This document shows, piece by piece, positions 12,376 to 25,586 of a stretch of DNA of 64,000 nucleotides. The notes under the pieces were generated by a model. The model made no database searches, had not been told where the DNA came from, and saw only the letters and a program-made list of their open reading frames with translations. Origin of the DNA: Felis catus (lineage: Eukaryota); NCBI RefSeq assembly GCF_018350175.1, contig NC_058368.1, positions 122,886,001 to 122,950,000 of the forward strand, written 5' to 3'. The translations under genes were made by a program, and so were the position numbers. How positions within the stretch are numbered: position 1 is the first letter of the stretch; each line of letters starts with the position of its first letter.

Positions 12376-15300
12376 AAACTGTCTAAATAAATTTTATATT
12401 ATTTATTTAATTTGAAATAGCTTTTATGTAGAAGGCTGTTTAACCTGTTAAATACAAATTGCTCATGGTACTTGAATAATAGTACTTGAGCGGGTGTGTA
12501 CATGGAGGAGAAATGCTTTCTTCTAGTTGGAATCTGTGTAATCCTCACAATAAAATGCAAGCATTAGACTTGACCTCAAAGAAAACTAATAGCCCAGATA
12601 TTTTAAAAATCTCTTCTGTTCATTGATGAGATGAAGTTGAGGTTGGGCAAGACAGAAACCCAGATTAGTAGATTATTCTTACTGTCTCTCCATTATCTTA
12701 GACAATCATTCATGAAAGAGCTACTTGATTGGACAGTACAGTGCTACATCAATTTTTGAGAGTATTACACATAGCACCTAATATCCTAATCAATGCAGGG
12801 AATCTGTCTAGGGGATTTGTCTACCTTCTCTTGTTTTTGGTCTAGGATATTACATTCTAATTGGCTCTAGTTTCCTTGTAAACTCTCCAGAGCTACCAGA
12901 AGGCCCTTGAAGCCTCAACCATGTAGTAATATTCTTCTCCAAAAGGCTCAGCCTCAAAAAACAGAACAGAAATTCATGCTCCTCTGAGGAGGCTGGCATT
13001 TTTCCAAGGTTAATCAAAGCCTGAATTCAATATCCCTCCCCTGCAGCACCCAGCCATTTCCCTCTCTTGGTCTCCCTCTCTTTCCCTCCTTCTTTCCTCC
13101 CTTCTTTCCTTCTTTCTTTCCTTCCCTTCCTTTCTAGCAAGTTGCCTCGTTTGTTTTTCAAAGAAAGAAGACAAAGAAATGAGCCCACAGAGAATTGGCC
13201 TGACTCCAAAGGGTAGTTGGAGATACCAAGGAGAAGACTTAGGATGGCTAAAGAAATTTTTTCCCAGACTACTCTTGGGAAAGCAAACCAAGCCTTCCCC
13301 AGCTTATCATGCCCTATTTTGTGACGACAGTGGACACTATGCTCATGATAAGGAGCCACCAGGATCCAACTTGGCCCTTTGTGTGACACTATTAAGAACA
13401 TGCTCAGATTCTTAAACATTCATTGTAGAAACATTCTATGATATTTACAAATAAACTGCCAAAGACTCTCAAAGACCAACTGTATTAAAAAATGAATAAA
13501 GTCCAAAACAATTGTGTAAAATTTGTTACATATTTTAAACCTATTTAGCTCCTCAATACGATTTTCAAAGCAAAAGATGCAAAGCAAAATAACTGTGCTG
13601 CTTACAAAAATAATTACAGTATTTATTTTATAAAAGTAATCACAGCTCACTAAAGACTTAAGTCTTGCAATGGGACAAAACTTCTGGATTTTATGATGGA
13701 CGTATTTCCATCCTGTCAAGGTATCTGACTGTACACAGATCTGTACATGGACATAGCATCAAAGTTTAAATGTGAGACTCTCTTTGGAAATGAGGTCTGC
13801 CCTCAGCCCCTATTAGAAGCCCATTGAGTGCTCCCCAAACAGCAGGTCTGACAGGAAAACACAGACAAACCTTGGGGGATGAAACTTACAAACACGAGGG
13901 ACCTAAGGACAGCACACTAGCAAACATGTTTGCTAGTGCAGGAAAATGAAGACTAAAATGGTCTTGAAATGATTTGGACCACTTAAGAACTCTTCTTTTA
14001 GATCCCCAAACTTTTGCATTTGTTCAATTCTGCTTGATTGACCACTCTTTGCTTTATTAAACAGAAATTACCAAGAGTAACTATCTCAGCTTGCGGTCTC
14101 TGTGTCACCTCTATAATGACCAGCGGCCGATTGTCTTTGCTGTGGCCTCAGTCTACCCAGGAGGACAAGAATGTCCATCCTTCCCTCATGACTACAGACC
14201 AACATGGAAGTTTCAGCTGTCAGGCTTGATTTTTATGGCCTTTCGTACTCCTCCCTTTACAGTTATATTTCTCACATCTGCTATTGAAACTGCAAATAAT
14301 AGACTCTCCTCTGGCTTGTTCTTTTGTTTTTTCCTGAGAGCTTAAAGATTAAAGAACCAACTTTGATGGCTGTGTTTAAAAACAAAAACAAAAACATGTC
14401 TTGGAGTGATGTTATTATGAATTCCAAATACAGGACATTAACTTTAATGCCTGAACTTTTATGATTTTATTTTTGTTCTCTTGCCTATTCAGTAGCAGTC
14501 TGAGCCTGAGATTCATCATCCATAAAACTGTGCATACAATTTTGATAAATATTAATATAGTCATGTAGTATAATAGAAATAGATGATATGCCCTTATACT
14601 AATACAGACAGGCATTTGTAGTTATTAATGTTTGTGATTAATTGTTGTGTTGAAGACCGATGGGATTTCCAGAGAGCTGAAGTCTGGGGAGGTGATATTG
14701 GATTTTGAAATTCTGAGGATATACAATCCAAGTTGAAAAAATCCACAATAAATATATAGTTAGAAAGAAGTGGATGCTTTCATTTATCAGACTCAGCCAG
14801 AGGAAATAAGTGTACGTTCTCAGGATTCCTTGGAGCATCCAAGTTATCCTAGCATAACAAGGCTTCACCAAACTTCATGTCCTGATTAATGGCCTTTCAT
14901 TCAGATGAATCTGGTAGAGGTATTTTCTCATCTAATTCTCCCTAGGAAAAAGCCTGATGACCTGAGTTCTATCCAGGGATTAAAAAGTAAGAATAGAATA
15001 AACACAGAGATAGACCTTTTATCTGACAGAAGAACCATTTTATGAAGTGCACCTGAGACTTTAGATGGTCTTATGCTTTATAAACTATTATTTATATATA
15101 AACATATGTAAATATAATATACAGAAACAAATGTATGAATGAAAATATACAATTTATAAATATATATATTTATGCAAAACATTGATCATGGAGCATGAAA
15201 CATGTAAAGTATTCAAGAAAAATTAGCTAGTCTCATTAGTGATTATCTGCCAAAATATCAGCCAATTATACTACTCTGTATTTTCTTCCATTTTTATACA

Positions 15301-16299
15301 TGCATTTTTATTCATTCATTCAGTAGCATAAAGATACACACTTTTTGTTTCTGTAAAAATGATTATTACTCAGAAATTCTCATTTACTTACAGTTGAGGC
15401 ATTATTGTTGTTCACATATTTGACTTTATAATGGGTAACCCAGTAGTCCATTGGTTTGCTTCAGCATAGCTTGTTTTATGATTTCTATGTCTTTAAACAT
15501 TTATAAGCCAATTACTCTGCTAATAAAAAAAATGAAGTCACCAAATGGGCCAGTGCCCATAAGTTAGTGCTTTAAGGCAGAAGATTGAATTTTTCTCCTA
15601 ATAGCCTAGGACCAACCCTCCATGCAGAAAAAGCTGTCTTACGTGTTCAATGCTTATTAACGATGAGGCAGCACTAGGATTTTAAGGATGTGAAAAAGAC
15701 TCCATGTAAGTACAAATGCCCCCCTACATGCCCACATACCACAGAGCTGACATTATTTTACCCAGTAGAGTCATTATGAGTTCTTTTGAAAAACAAAGTC
15801 CTTATCAACTTTGGTGATGCCATGGTGGAACCAGAAAAGGTTGTGTAATCAAGCACAGGAAAATGAACTGCTCCCCACTTCTCTGCTGGGGATAAAGGCC
15901 AAAAATCATTATGCCTATAAACATCACTGTCTGAGAAAGTGCTTCAAACATCACTTCTACCTAGACCCCGCAAGGTTCTGTTCTGAGGGTAAACAAGTTG
16001 AAAACCAAAAATTATGACAATGAACCCAGCTGGCCTGAAAATACAAGGATGCTAACAATAAAAACTAGTCATTACCAAAGATGTAAACAAACAGCTGATG
16101 TCCTCTTCTGATGTGGTTTCATGGCCACCTGGTCTACCCTATCAGATGTCATGTGAACCAATTGAGTGGGCTTTTCCTTGTCTCCTCTTTTCCAGCCTCT
16201 GCTTCCTGAAACCCATCTTCAAAGGGCCATGGAAGTTATTGCCTGACAGTGTCTCTTTGTACTCACAATCAGTAAGTGACTTCCCCTTATCAGATCTCT

Positions 16300-16600
16300 T
16301 CATTTTATTTAAACCACTCCAAAGTTCAATCCTAGACTATCTTTTCTTCAGGCTTATTGTCCCAGACTCTTCCCTCATCCTTTGTTCCATCCAAACTGCG
16401 CTCTCACTATTTTCCAAATAGGTCCTGTGTCTTCCTGCCTTTGTATTTTTGCATAAGCTGTTGACTCTGTCTAGAATGTCTACACACAAAAATGCCCTCA
16501 GAGCCTGGGTTTGCTTCACTATTTACTTGCTGATGTATATTCTTCAAAGAGCATCTCATAGATGCTACCTCCTCTGAGGAGCCATTTTCCTGTACATTAT
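16300..16600 (+). mobile_element. L2 fragment
   Basis: tttgcataagctgttgactctgtctagaatgtc...cacctcctctgaggagccattttcctg-like motifs. Confidence 0.55.
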
Positions 16601-16619
16601 TATCCGTAACAAAAACTGC

Positions 16620-17410
16620 AAACATTTACTGAATGTTTACAGTGCACTAGGCACTCTGCTAAAGGTTTCACAGACTTGAGTAACAAATGAGAAAAGTATA
16701 GCCTAGTGTTGGAAAGTGCAGAATGCTGGGTTCAAATCTTGGTTCTACAGATTATTTGCCGATGAACTTAGGAATGCCTGCACTTTCTGTGTGTATGGTG
16801 TTGTCATGTGTAAAATGGAGACAGTTATAACGGAGTTAATACCTAATAAAGTTTTTATAGGGATTATGTGAAATGATACACATAAAGCCCTTAGAACAAT
16901 TCCCAGCACACTGTCATTACAATATAAATAGCTGAGGCTGCCATTATTGTGCCTCACAATATGCTACAAACTGGAAGTTCTCATTCTTCCCATTTAAGAG
17001 ATGAAGAAACTGAGGCTCCCTAATGTTGAAAAACAGGTCCAAAGTTACACAGCTAACAGGTGACAGATTCAGAACATACACACAAACCTGTCAACTCTAA
17101 ACCTTGATGTTCTGTTTTGCAATACGGGAAGACTAGCTGTGTTTGTTTTCAATCCAGTGCTTCCCCTGACTGAAATTTCAACAACAAACACCATGTTTGC
17201 TGACACTGACTGGATGCTCACTATTTGGTATGTATCAGGCACCCTACTCAACACTTCATGCATTACCTCATTAACTTTCACAGTGGACTTAGCTGGAGAC
17301 CATCTTTGTCCTCATTTTTTAGAGGAGGAGACTGCTTTTGAGAAACTTGTTCAGTCACACAGCTTATAAGTGACACAGCTAGGACTCACACGTCCGACTC
17401 TTACCAAAAC
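16620..17410. mobile_element. Cluster of MIR fragments in both orientations
   Basis: ctgggttcaaatcttggttctac (16727), gatgaagaaactgaggctc (17000), gtcacacagct (17354). Confidence 0.7.
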
Positions 17411-17789
17411 AATACTCCACCTTGCTTTTAGCTGAAATGATTCCCTTACTCCTCTGTTCTTCCAGTTCTCGTAGCAGAAACTGTGTCTCTGTCACTGGGC
17501 ACTTTGTTGCTTATGCTTCTGTCTGAGGCCGCTGCCAACCTGTCAATCACCTGAAAAGCTGGACCCTGTCCCATTCACATTGCCTGCCTAACAGTGTCTT
17601 CCAAGTAGTAGAAGCCTAAGGAAATCTTGGACTGAATTGAACTTCATGTTGAAACTTGGATCATAGAGAATCAAATGTTGCACAGAAAATATTTTGCATA
17701 TATGCTGACACTTTAAATTATAATAACAAAGGGCTTGAATCCAGTTCTCTAAGAATGACTAATGAATGAGAAACAACTTTCACATTAGT

Positions 17790-18350
17790 TAAGAGGCTCA
17801 GCCTTGAAACTGGATTGAGCTGGAATCAAGCCCCAAGCTTACAACATTTTTGCTTGCTTTACTTATCCATTCCAAACCTCAGTTTCCTCATCTATGAACA
17901 GAAGACTAATACCTCCCTCTTAGGGTTTTTGATATGACTAAGTGAAAACATTCATGAAAGCTACTTAGCATTGAAAGGGTGGGCCTACGCCGGCCGACTC
18001 CATCTTGTTCTGTGTCCTTCACCTTGACCACAAGCCTCCCCTTGAGTAACCCCCCCCACCCTCACCTGCCTAACAGGACTCGGACCCTTCCCCAGCCAAT
18101 CGGTTGAGGCCATAGCCATTACCTCACCAACTGCCCCTAGGCCCCAATAAAACCTTTGTCCTTTTGAAACTCGCTCTTTCTCCCTGGTATCTCATCGCTG
18201 TGTCGGTGCAGGTAGGGGATTGAGCTCGAGCTAGTTCGAATAAAGGCTCTTTTGCTTTTGCGTTGGACTCGGCTCCCTAGTGGTCTTTGGGGATCACGAA
18301 TTCTGGGCATAACAAGCATGGTGACTCATACATGGTAACAACCACTCAGC
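17790..18350 (+). mobile_element. MIR split by a solo LTR
   Basis: cctcagtttcctcatctatgaac core at ~17877; MIR 3' end (cttagcat...ggtgactcatacatggtaa) continues across the LTR. Confidence 0.65.
17972..18314 (+). mobile_element. Solo ERV LTR (343 bp)
   Basis: TG...CA termini, 5-bp TSD AGCAT at 17967-17971 and 18315-18319, CCAAT ~18096, AATAAA at ~18146 and ~18239, CpG-rich. Confidence 0.9.
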
Positions 18351-18367
18351 AAAGTTTGCTTGATAAA

Positions 18368-18597
18368 TAAAATTTTTTAAAGTTTTTATTTTTGAGAGCA
18401 AGAGAGAGAACACATATGCACACAGGAGAGTGCACGAGCAGGGAAGGGGCAGAGAGAGAGGGAGAGAGAATCCCAAGCAGGCTCTGCCCTGTTAGTGCAG
18501 AGCCCCACGTGGGGCTGGACCCCATGAACCATGAGATCATGACCTGAGCCAAAATCAAGAGTTGGACACTGAACCAAGTGAGTCACCCAGATGCTCC
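18368..18597 (-). mobile_element. CanSINE
   Basis: gagatcatgacctgagccaaaatcaagagttggacac...tgagtcacccag. Confidence 0.92.
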
Positions 18598-19102
18598 TAA
18601 AAACTATTTTTAAAAGTCAAATAATTAAAAGAATAGCTCCTTGATCATTCAAGTGATTTCTCTTGTTGAGATCTAAAATCTTCCTGAAGGAAGATCACAA
18701 ATATTATGAAATAAACTTCAGTAAAGGTGAAAGAAAAGAAAATAAATAACTCTCCAGGAAAAGGTGCCCTGAAAGGACCATGCATGTGAGAAATGGCAAT
18801 AAAGCAGGCCATTTTGTGGTAAACAGCTTCATTCTTAACCCAAGGGACACAATCTCCAGAGGGTACCTTTGTGCCGTTACAATGTATCATGAAGGCCCCA
18901 GGAAGGCCCCACAGTGAGGGTTTCCCTTTGTTCTCAGGTCACACTGAAAGAGTGAATTTCACTGTAGTACTCATTTGGAAACTCCCATCTCCAATTTACT
19001 GAGTTGCAAGACTGAGATTGGGTGAAAAGTATTACAACCAATGAGAAAAAGAGTAAGCACAGGTTTCCCAAGGAAGATACCACTCATATTGCAAGCAAAT
19101 AG

Positions 19103-19103
<1 letters not shown>

Positions 19104-19148
<45 letters not shown>

Positions 19149-19204
19149 GTGTGTGTGTGTGTGTATACACATAGCAACATATACATGCATATACATATAT
19201 ATAC
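19104..19204. repeat. Compound (TA)n(TG)n microsatellite
   Basis: Direct reading. Confidence 0.95.
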
Positions 19205-19267
19205 ATTAAGCAACAAAGAAGTTGGTATTACATGAAATTGCAGCATTTAAAGATTCCTGACTGAACT

Positions 19268-19867
19268 GTGATTATGGATTCAATTGTGTTTCCCCCAAAT
19301 TCCTATGTTGAAGTTTTAACCCCCAATGTGATGATATTTGGAGATAAAGTTTTTAAAGAAGTAATTAAGGTGGGGTGCCTGGGTGGCTCAGTAGGTTAAG
19401 GGACCGATTTAGGCTCAGGTCATGATCTCTTGCTTCCTGAATTTAAGCCCACGCAGTTCATGAGTTTGATTCCTGCATTGGCCTCTCTGCTGTTACCGCG
19501 GAGCCCACTTTGGATCCTCTGTTCCCTTCTCTCTGCCCCTCTCCTGGCCTCTATCTATCAAAATTAAACATTTAAAACAAAACAAACAAAAAAAGAGGTA
19601 ATTAAGTTTAAAGGAGATCATAAGGATGGGACCTATTAATCTGATAGGACTGGTGTCCTTACACGGAGAGGAAGATACTCCACATGCACAGGGGAAAGAC
19701 AAAGTGAGAGGCAGCCTTTTATAAATCAGGAAGAAAGGTCTCACCAGGGACCAGCTGTGCAGGCAACTTGATCTCAGACCTCCAAAACCATGAGAAAGTG
19801 AATTTTCTGTTCTTTAAGCGTCCCAGTCTATAGTATTCCATTATGATAGCCTAAGCAGACTAATACA
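19268..19867 (+). mobile_element. MaLR LTR (MLT1-like) interrupted by a CanSINE
   Basis: ttatggattcaattgtgtttcccccaaattcctatgttgaagttttaacccccaatgtgatg start; ends agcagactaataca. Confidence 0.85.
19372..19593 (+). mobile_element. CanSINE inside MLT1
   Basis: ggggtgcctgggtggctcag head; TSD aaagaagtaattaag / aaagaggtaattaag. Confidence 0.9.
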
Positions 19868-20377
19868 CTAATATTTATATTAAATGATTTCCTGTCCTCC
19901 TATAATAATAATGGTTACATTTTTCCAATGAAGAGTCAGAAGGGTTTATTAGATAAAGGACTTTCGTGTCTCTTTCAAGTCAAGAGTCCATTTGGGAGCT
20001 GCAGTTTGGATCTTCTACCTTTCATACTTCGGAAAAAAGGAAAAAAAAATTAATACTCCCACACATAACACTTGTTTTATAAAGTATCTCTTTACTAGGA
20101 ATCACTTCCCCACGTACTTCCCTCCAGACATTAAGCAGGGGCAAAGGGCCACAGTGAGACAAAGACCAGTCACACAGCAGAAATCAACATAAACTTAGCA
20201 ATGATACAGGCTGTTTGTTACATGACAATTCCACCTTTTTAGGCTAGCCACACCTGGCAATTTTTGGTCAAGGAGGGCAGAACAAGCCAGGGCCTGCACT
20301 GACTGATGAGACTCTCCTGACCTTCTGGAACTACAGGCTTAAAGGGGTGTTATGGTTTATACTGATTGAGAGCATTC

Positions 20378-20830
20378 GTTTATTCATTCATTCATTCTTC
20401 CAAAAAGTATTTTTTGAAGCCTCCTCTGTGTCTGGTACTGGACAAGGTTCTGGGGAAACATACAGCCTCAGTCTGCCACCAACTAGTATGTAAATACAGA
20501 CAACCATATGAAATCAACCACATTAATAAATAAGGTGTTTTCTGATGATCGTGAAGTGTTGAAAAGATCATCAAATATAGTAATGAATGACGTTAAATTG
20601 TCATTGGAGTGAGTCTGGAACTATGGTCACACTAAGATGGGGGAGGAAAATCCAGGGCAACAGGTACCACGGCTCTAAGTTGGGAATCAGCTTGGTGTGT
20701 CTGAAAATCAGAGGCAAGGATGGCATGGCTGGAGGGACAACAGGCACTAGATCAAGACGGCCAGGCAGAACATAATCAGGAGAGTTGAGGATGTATTCGT
20801 ACTGCTTTGAGAAACCATAGCAGGGGTTTA
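20378..20830 (-). mobile_element. L2 fragment
   Basis: (ttca)n 3' end then tatttttgaagcctcctctgtgtctggtactg. Confidence 0.65.
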
Positions 20831-20844
20831 AGCAAAGTGAGTCT

Positions 20845-21056
20845 AACTACAGACATTGGACCCACAGGCCAAATCTGAGCTCTCAGCCTGGTTTTATAAA
20901 TAATGTTTGTTTGGGGCATAGCCAGGCCCAGAGCTTTAAGTATTGTCTGTGGCTGTGTTTGTGCCACGAGGGTAGAAATGAGTGGTTGCGACAGAGACTG
21001 TAAGGCCCAAAACACCTAAAATAAATCTACTATCTAGCACTTGACAGAAAAAGTTA
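20845..21056 (+). mobile_element. MER58A-like hAT DNA transposon relic
   Basis: cacaggccaaatctg...gtattgtctgtggctg...gagtggttgcgacagagactgtaaggccc...ttgacagaaaaagtt resembles the MER58A consensus. Confidence 0.8.
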
Positions 21057-21206
21057 GATCTACTGGAAGCAGGGAAAGCAGTCAAGAGTCTGTTGTCAAG
21101 AGCCATTGGAGAGGCGATGATGGCTTGGACCAGAATGGTTGGCAGAGGTACAGACGTGGGGAGGTAGATAGATCTAGGGCATGCTTTGCAGCAAGAGCTG
21201 ACAGAA

Positions 21207-21430
21207 GGGGCGCCTGGGTGATTCAGTCAGTTGGGTGTCCGACTTCAGCTCAGGTCATGATCTTGCACTTCACGGGTTTGAGCTCCACGTCGGGCTCTGT
21301 GCTGGCAGCTCAGAGCCTGGAGCCTGCTTCCCATTCTGTGTCTCCCTCTCCCTCTGCCCTTCTCCCACTCGCACTCTGTCTCCCTCTCTCTCTAAAATAA
21401 ATGAAATGTTTAAAAATAAAAAAAAAAAAG
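21207..21430 (+). mobile_element. CanSINE
   Basis: ggggcgcctgggtgattcag head, A tail. Confidence 0.93.
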
Positions 21431-21799
21431 GCCAACATTTATTAAAAAAAAACCCAACAGAATTAAAGAATTAAACATGGTGGGGGATAGAGGAGGGGAT
21501 AGACAGAAATCAAAATATTCCTAGCTTTTTGGCATGAGCAACTGAATGGATAAGAAGGTCATGCTACATTAAGGAGTTCTAGACTGGGAGTAACTTCGTG
21601 GGGCAAGTGAGAATAAAGAACTGTTGGAGAATGTTCAGTTTGAAATGCCTTTTTACAAGGCCTGCCCGTTACTTTTGTTTTTTCAGTCCAGTGTAGTGAT
21701 TCTCGAAATAACCAATGACTTTCCCTTCCTCGTTCCACAACACAAACAAAAGCCACATGGCCAGGAAAATGACAATGGACATTTCCTTGGATGCTCAAC

Positions 21800-22080
21800 T
21801 ATAAACATTCTGCAGGCAGGGACCATGCCAGTATTGCTCACCACTGTATCTCCATGCCTAGCCCAGTACCTGCCACATAGTAGGAGCTTAATAAATACAG
21901 GTTTTGAAAGTGAATTGAATAATCACCAACCATTTACTAAGAACTTACTAGAACCTCAGTAACTTGATGAAGTACTTCACAAAAATTACATTATTTAATT
22001 TTTACAAAAATCCCACAAGCTAGTTGCTGATGTACCAATTCTACAAATTTGGAAACTGAGACTTAGAGAAAGGGATCACA
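21800..22080. mobile_element. L2 3' end (+) followed by MIR (-)
   Basis: cagtacctgccacatagtaggagcttaataaata; ggaaactgagacttagaga. Confidence 0.65.
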
Positions 22081-22732
22081 AACTCAAATGCCTGTCTTAC
22101 AGCGTTGAGTTAGGAGATATAAATGCGTGAAAGGAACCATGTACTGACTGATGAGAACTAGTACAATGACGTTCTTCCTTACACAATCCATTCAATGGCT
22201 TATTAGCTGTCACTAAGCTTTGCTCTTTAAAAAACAACCACCCAATATTGCCAGCTCTGAGTTCCCAGGAGAAGCTGGAAATCAAGTTTATTTCATAAAT
22301 GTAAGATCTCTCAAAGAAAAAAAAAAGACAATGTCCTAGAGGAAGCACTAAAAATCTAGACCTAGCAGGCACCACTTGCAGTTTCCTTTATTCACTATCT
22401 TTCCAGTGGAGAGAAAAAGCTAATCCACTCCTTAGTAATTATTGGTGAATCTGGTGTAACACACTGTCCCTGTGTGCTCAGCCAAATGTATTTTTTGTTG
22501 AAGATGTTTCTTATAATAGCTTAGGGTTGCACTAGGCACTTGCTTTTTGTGTCTCAAACACTGTAGCCATTCTCTGGTGTTTGAACATCTGCCTGATAAC
22601 TAGAGTGAAAGCCCAAATCATCTTGTGCAAGTGGCTAATGAATTCATGTAGTCCTCCTAATGCAAAGATGCAACTAGGCTGACCTCCCTGTGCCAACAAG
22701 CCCTGCAATTTTAGAACTAAAGATATCGAATG

Positions 22733-22845
22733 CTTCCTTTCTTTTTTGCTTTCTTTCTTTTTCTTTCTCTTTCTTCCTTCCTTCCTTCCTTCCTTCCTTC
22801 CTTCCTTCCTTCCTTCCTTCCTTCCTTCCTTTCTTTCTTTCTTTC
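22733..22845. repeat. (CCTT)n/(CTTT)n pyrimidine microsatellite
   Basis: Direct reading. Confidence 0.95.
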
Positions 22846-23617
22846 TGTTAAGATTCATTCTTTGTTACTAAGTCTGGTTTTTGGAGACTGGGTATCGTCC
22901 TGATGATTCCAACTTAAGTTAATTTCATACAAGCGGGAGATTAAAAAATGCCATCACTGGCTTATCATTTCAATTTTAGCACAACAACCTCTAAAGAATG
23001 TAACAAGGAGGGATATGAGATGTTTAAAATATCTAACAAATTCAATTTGGTGAACAATTACTAAATGCCAATTATATGCCAGGATCTGTGCTAGGTCCCA
23101 GGATACGAAATGAACAGGCCATTGCCCCTGCCCATGAGCACTCATGTTCCATTGGGGGAAATAGATTCATAAATAATAATAGATTGAAACACATGCTATA
23201 ATAGAAGGATTACAAATGCTCCGGGAGCTTAAATAAAAGGGTGATTAATAATGATTTCATGGGGGCAGAGCTGAGAGAAGTCTAGGTCAAGGAAAGCTAC
23301 ATAGGAAAGGTTACAATTTAGCTCTAACTTAAAGATGGCTGGCAGTTCAGGAAGGTGCATTCTGGGTAATACAAGCTAATATCTATCAAAGATTTACCTT
23401 GAGTAAGGTACTGTGCTGAGCATTTACACTTCATTCTTCACAACAACCCAATAAGTTACACATGTTTTACATACCCATTTTTCAGGTTAAGAAACTGAGG
23501 CCCAGAAAAGTAAAATAGTTTAGCCAGGGCCTCACAGCTAGTTATTGACAAAACTTGTACTCTTTAATGTCCACATGACTTGAAAATCTGGGTTTTTTGT
23601 TTCTTTAGATTTTTTAA

Positions 23618-23825
23618 GGGCACCTGGGTGGCTCAGTTGGTTAAGCGTCTGACTTCAGCTCAGGTCATGATCTCACAGTTCATGGGTTTGAGCTCCACAT
23701 CAGGCTCTGTGCTGACAGCAGGGAGCTTGGAGCCTACTTCATATTCTGTCTCCATCTCTCTGCCCCTCCCTTGCTCATTCTCTGTCTCTCTCAAATGTAA
23801 AATAAAACAAAAAATTTAAAATAAA
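23618..23825 (+). mobile_element. CanSINE (left member of tail-to-tail pair)
   Basis: gggcacctgggtggctcagttggttaagcgtctgact head. Confidence 0.93.
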
Positions 23826-24029
23826 TAAAAAATTTTTAATGTTTATTTACTTTTGAGAGAGAGTGAGCAAGGAAGGGGCAGAGAGAGAAGGGGGGCACAG
23901 AATCTGAAGCAGACCCCAGGCTCTGAACTGTCAGCACAGAGCCCAACGTGGGGCTCAAACCCACAAACCGCAGGATCATGACCTGAGCTGAAGTTGGATG
24001 CTCAACCAACTGAGCCACCCAGGTGCCCC
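23826..24029 (-). mobile_element. CanSINE (right member of tail-to-tail pair)
   Basis: ends tgagccacccaggtgcccc; ttttaatgtttattt tail. Confidence 0.93.
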
Positions 24030-24671
24030 GAAAGCCCGACATTTTAAATGTTATACTCAATCACTAGGTAGGATAAGCAGCATGTAGACAAAAAAAAAAA
24101 AAAAAAAAAGTTTGACGATTAGCAATTAGTCCATTGTAAGTAGAAGATAGCTTGTATTTATGTGTGTTGGGGTAGAAGGTACAGGTAAGGAGCTGCTGTG
24201 ACTGTTCAATATAAGACTTGTAAACTGGGTCCAGATTTTAAGATTGAAGAGTTGGAGCTTCATAGGCAAGTAAGGATTCTGGATGCTTGAAAGAATCAAA
24301 ATAATATGATCAAGAATGAGCTCATGAGATAAATCCAGGAGTTCTGAAGCAGCTTTGGAGAAGCCAAAGGCTAGAAAATCTATAAAAAGTTTACTGAAAT
24401 AGTCCAGACAAAATATGATGGTCTAAACCCAGGTGTGGGCAGTGAGGACAAAGAAGATAAGGATGCATCAAGTTGTCGTGGAGGGAGAATCAACATGATT
24501 TCCAATGGACTGATTGGAGAGATGAAGGAGAGGTATCATGGGTGACACTAGGAATTCTGGCTTGAATAACTGGGTAGGTGTTGATGTGAAGTTTGGGACC
24601 TAAGGGGAAGGACCATGGACGTTCAAGTTGATAAGTCAAAGAAAATAATTGGTAATATAAAAAACTTTCCT

Positions 24672-24878
24672 GGGGTGCCTGGGTGGCTCCGTCAGTTAAG
24701 CATCCGACTTCGGCTCAGGTCATGATTTCAGACTCATGAGTCTGAGCCCCGCGTCAAGCTCTGCTGACAGCTCAGAGCCTGGAGCCTGCTTTGGATTCTG
24801 TGTCTCCCTCTCCCTCTGCCCCTTCCTTGCTCATGGTCTGCCTCTCTCTCTCTCAAAAATAAACATTTAAAAAAAAAA
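24672..24878 (+). mobile_element. CanSINE
   Basis: ggggtgcctgggtggctc head; TSD-like aaaaaacttt on both sides. Confidence 0.93.
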
Positions 24879-25369
24879 CTTTTCTTAAAAACATAGTTTT
24901 AGGAGCCATAAGAAAGGAAAGATCACCTGTACCCAGGCAGAATGTGGCCATGAGAGGAAATGAGGACCTAGGCACAGTAGCAACACCAGAGTTATACTCA
25001 CACATGGATGTTCACAGTAAGGTTTAACCTGACAATAAACATGATTCTTCCCAGGGCCTCTGTAATGTTTTTGCTAATTGTCTGAAATTAACCAAGGCTG
25101 AGTAACTTTTTTTTTTTTTTAAAGTCCATGTATAAGTATTTAATGGCTGCCAGATCCAAGCATCACTGATACCTCAGGATCAGTATATGGAACATATTCC
25201 AACTGGGGACCCACAGTCAGACTGAGATCATTTAATTGATCTACATCTCTGTGTATAGTGTATACAGCTTTAATAAAAACAAACATAGGTTACTTACAAA
25301 CATCCATACGAAAGTATCGTAAACAGATGAGTATATCACTGCAAAGAGAAGGGACCCATTATAAATATT

Positions 25370-25586
25370 ATATTTTATTATTTTAGACAGAAAGTGTGCA
25401 TGAGAGAAGATGGGCAGAGAGAAAGAGAGAGAGAGAGGAGGGGGGGGAGAGAGAAAGGACACATCTTAAGCAGGCTCCACACTCAGTGAAGAGCCCAACA
25501 TGGGGCTCAATCCCACGACCCTAGGATCACGGCCTGAGCCAAAATCAAGAGTCAGATGTTCAACTGACTGAGCCACCCAGGGCCCT
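25370..25586 (-). mobile_element. CanSINE
   Basis: aaaatcaagagtcagatgttcaactgactgagccacccag. Confidence 0.9.

Noticed and set aside
13895..13915. REST/NRSE site suggested by GGACAGC half-site (also ~35966)
   Set aside because: Left half TTCAGCACC absent; match too weak.
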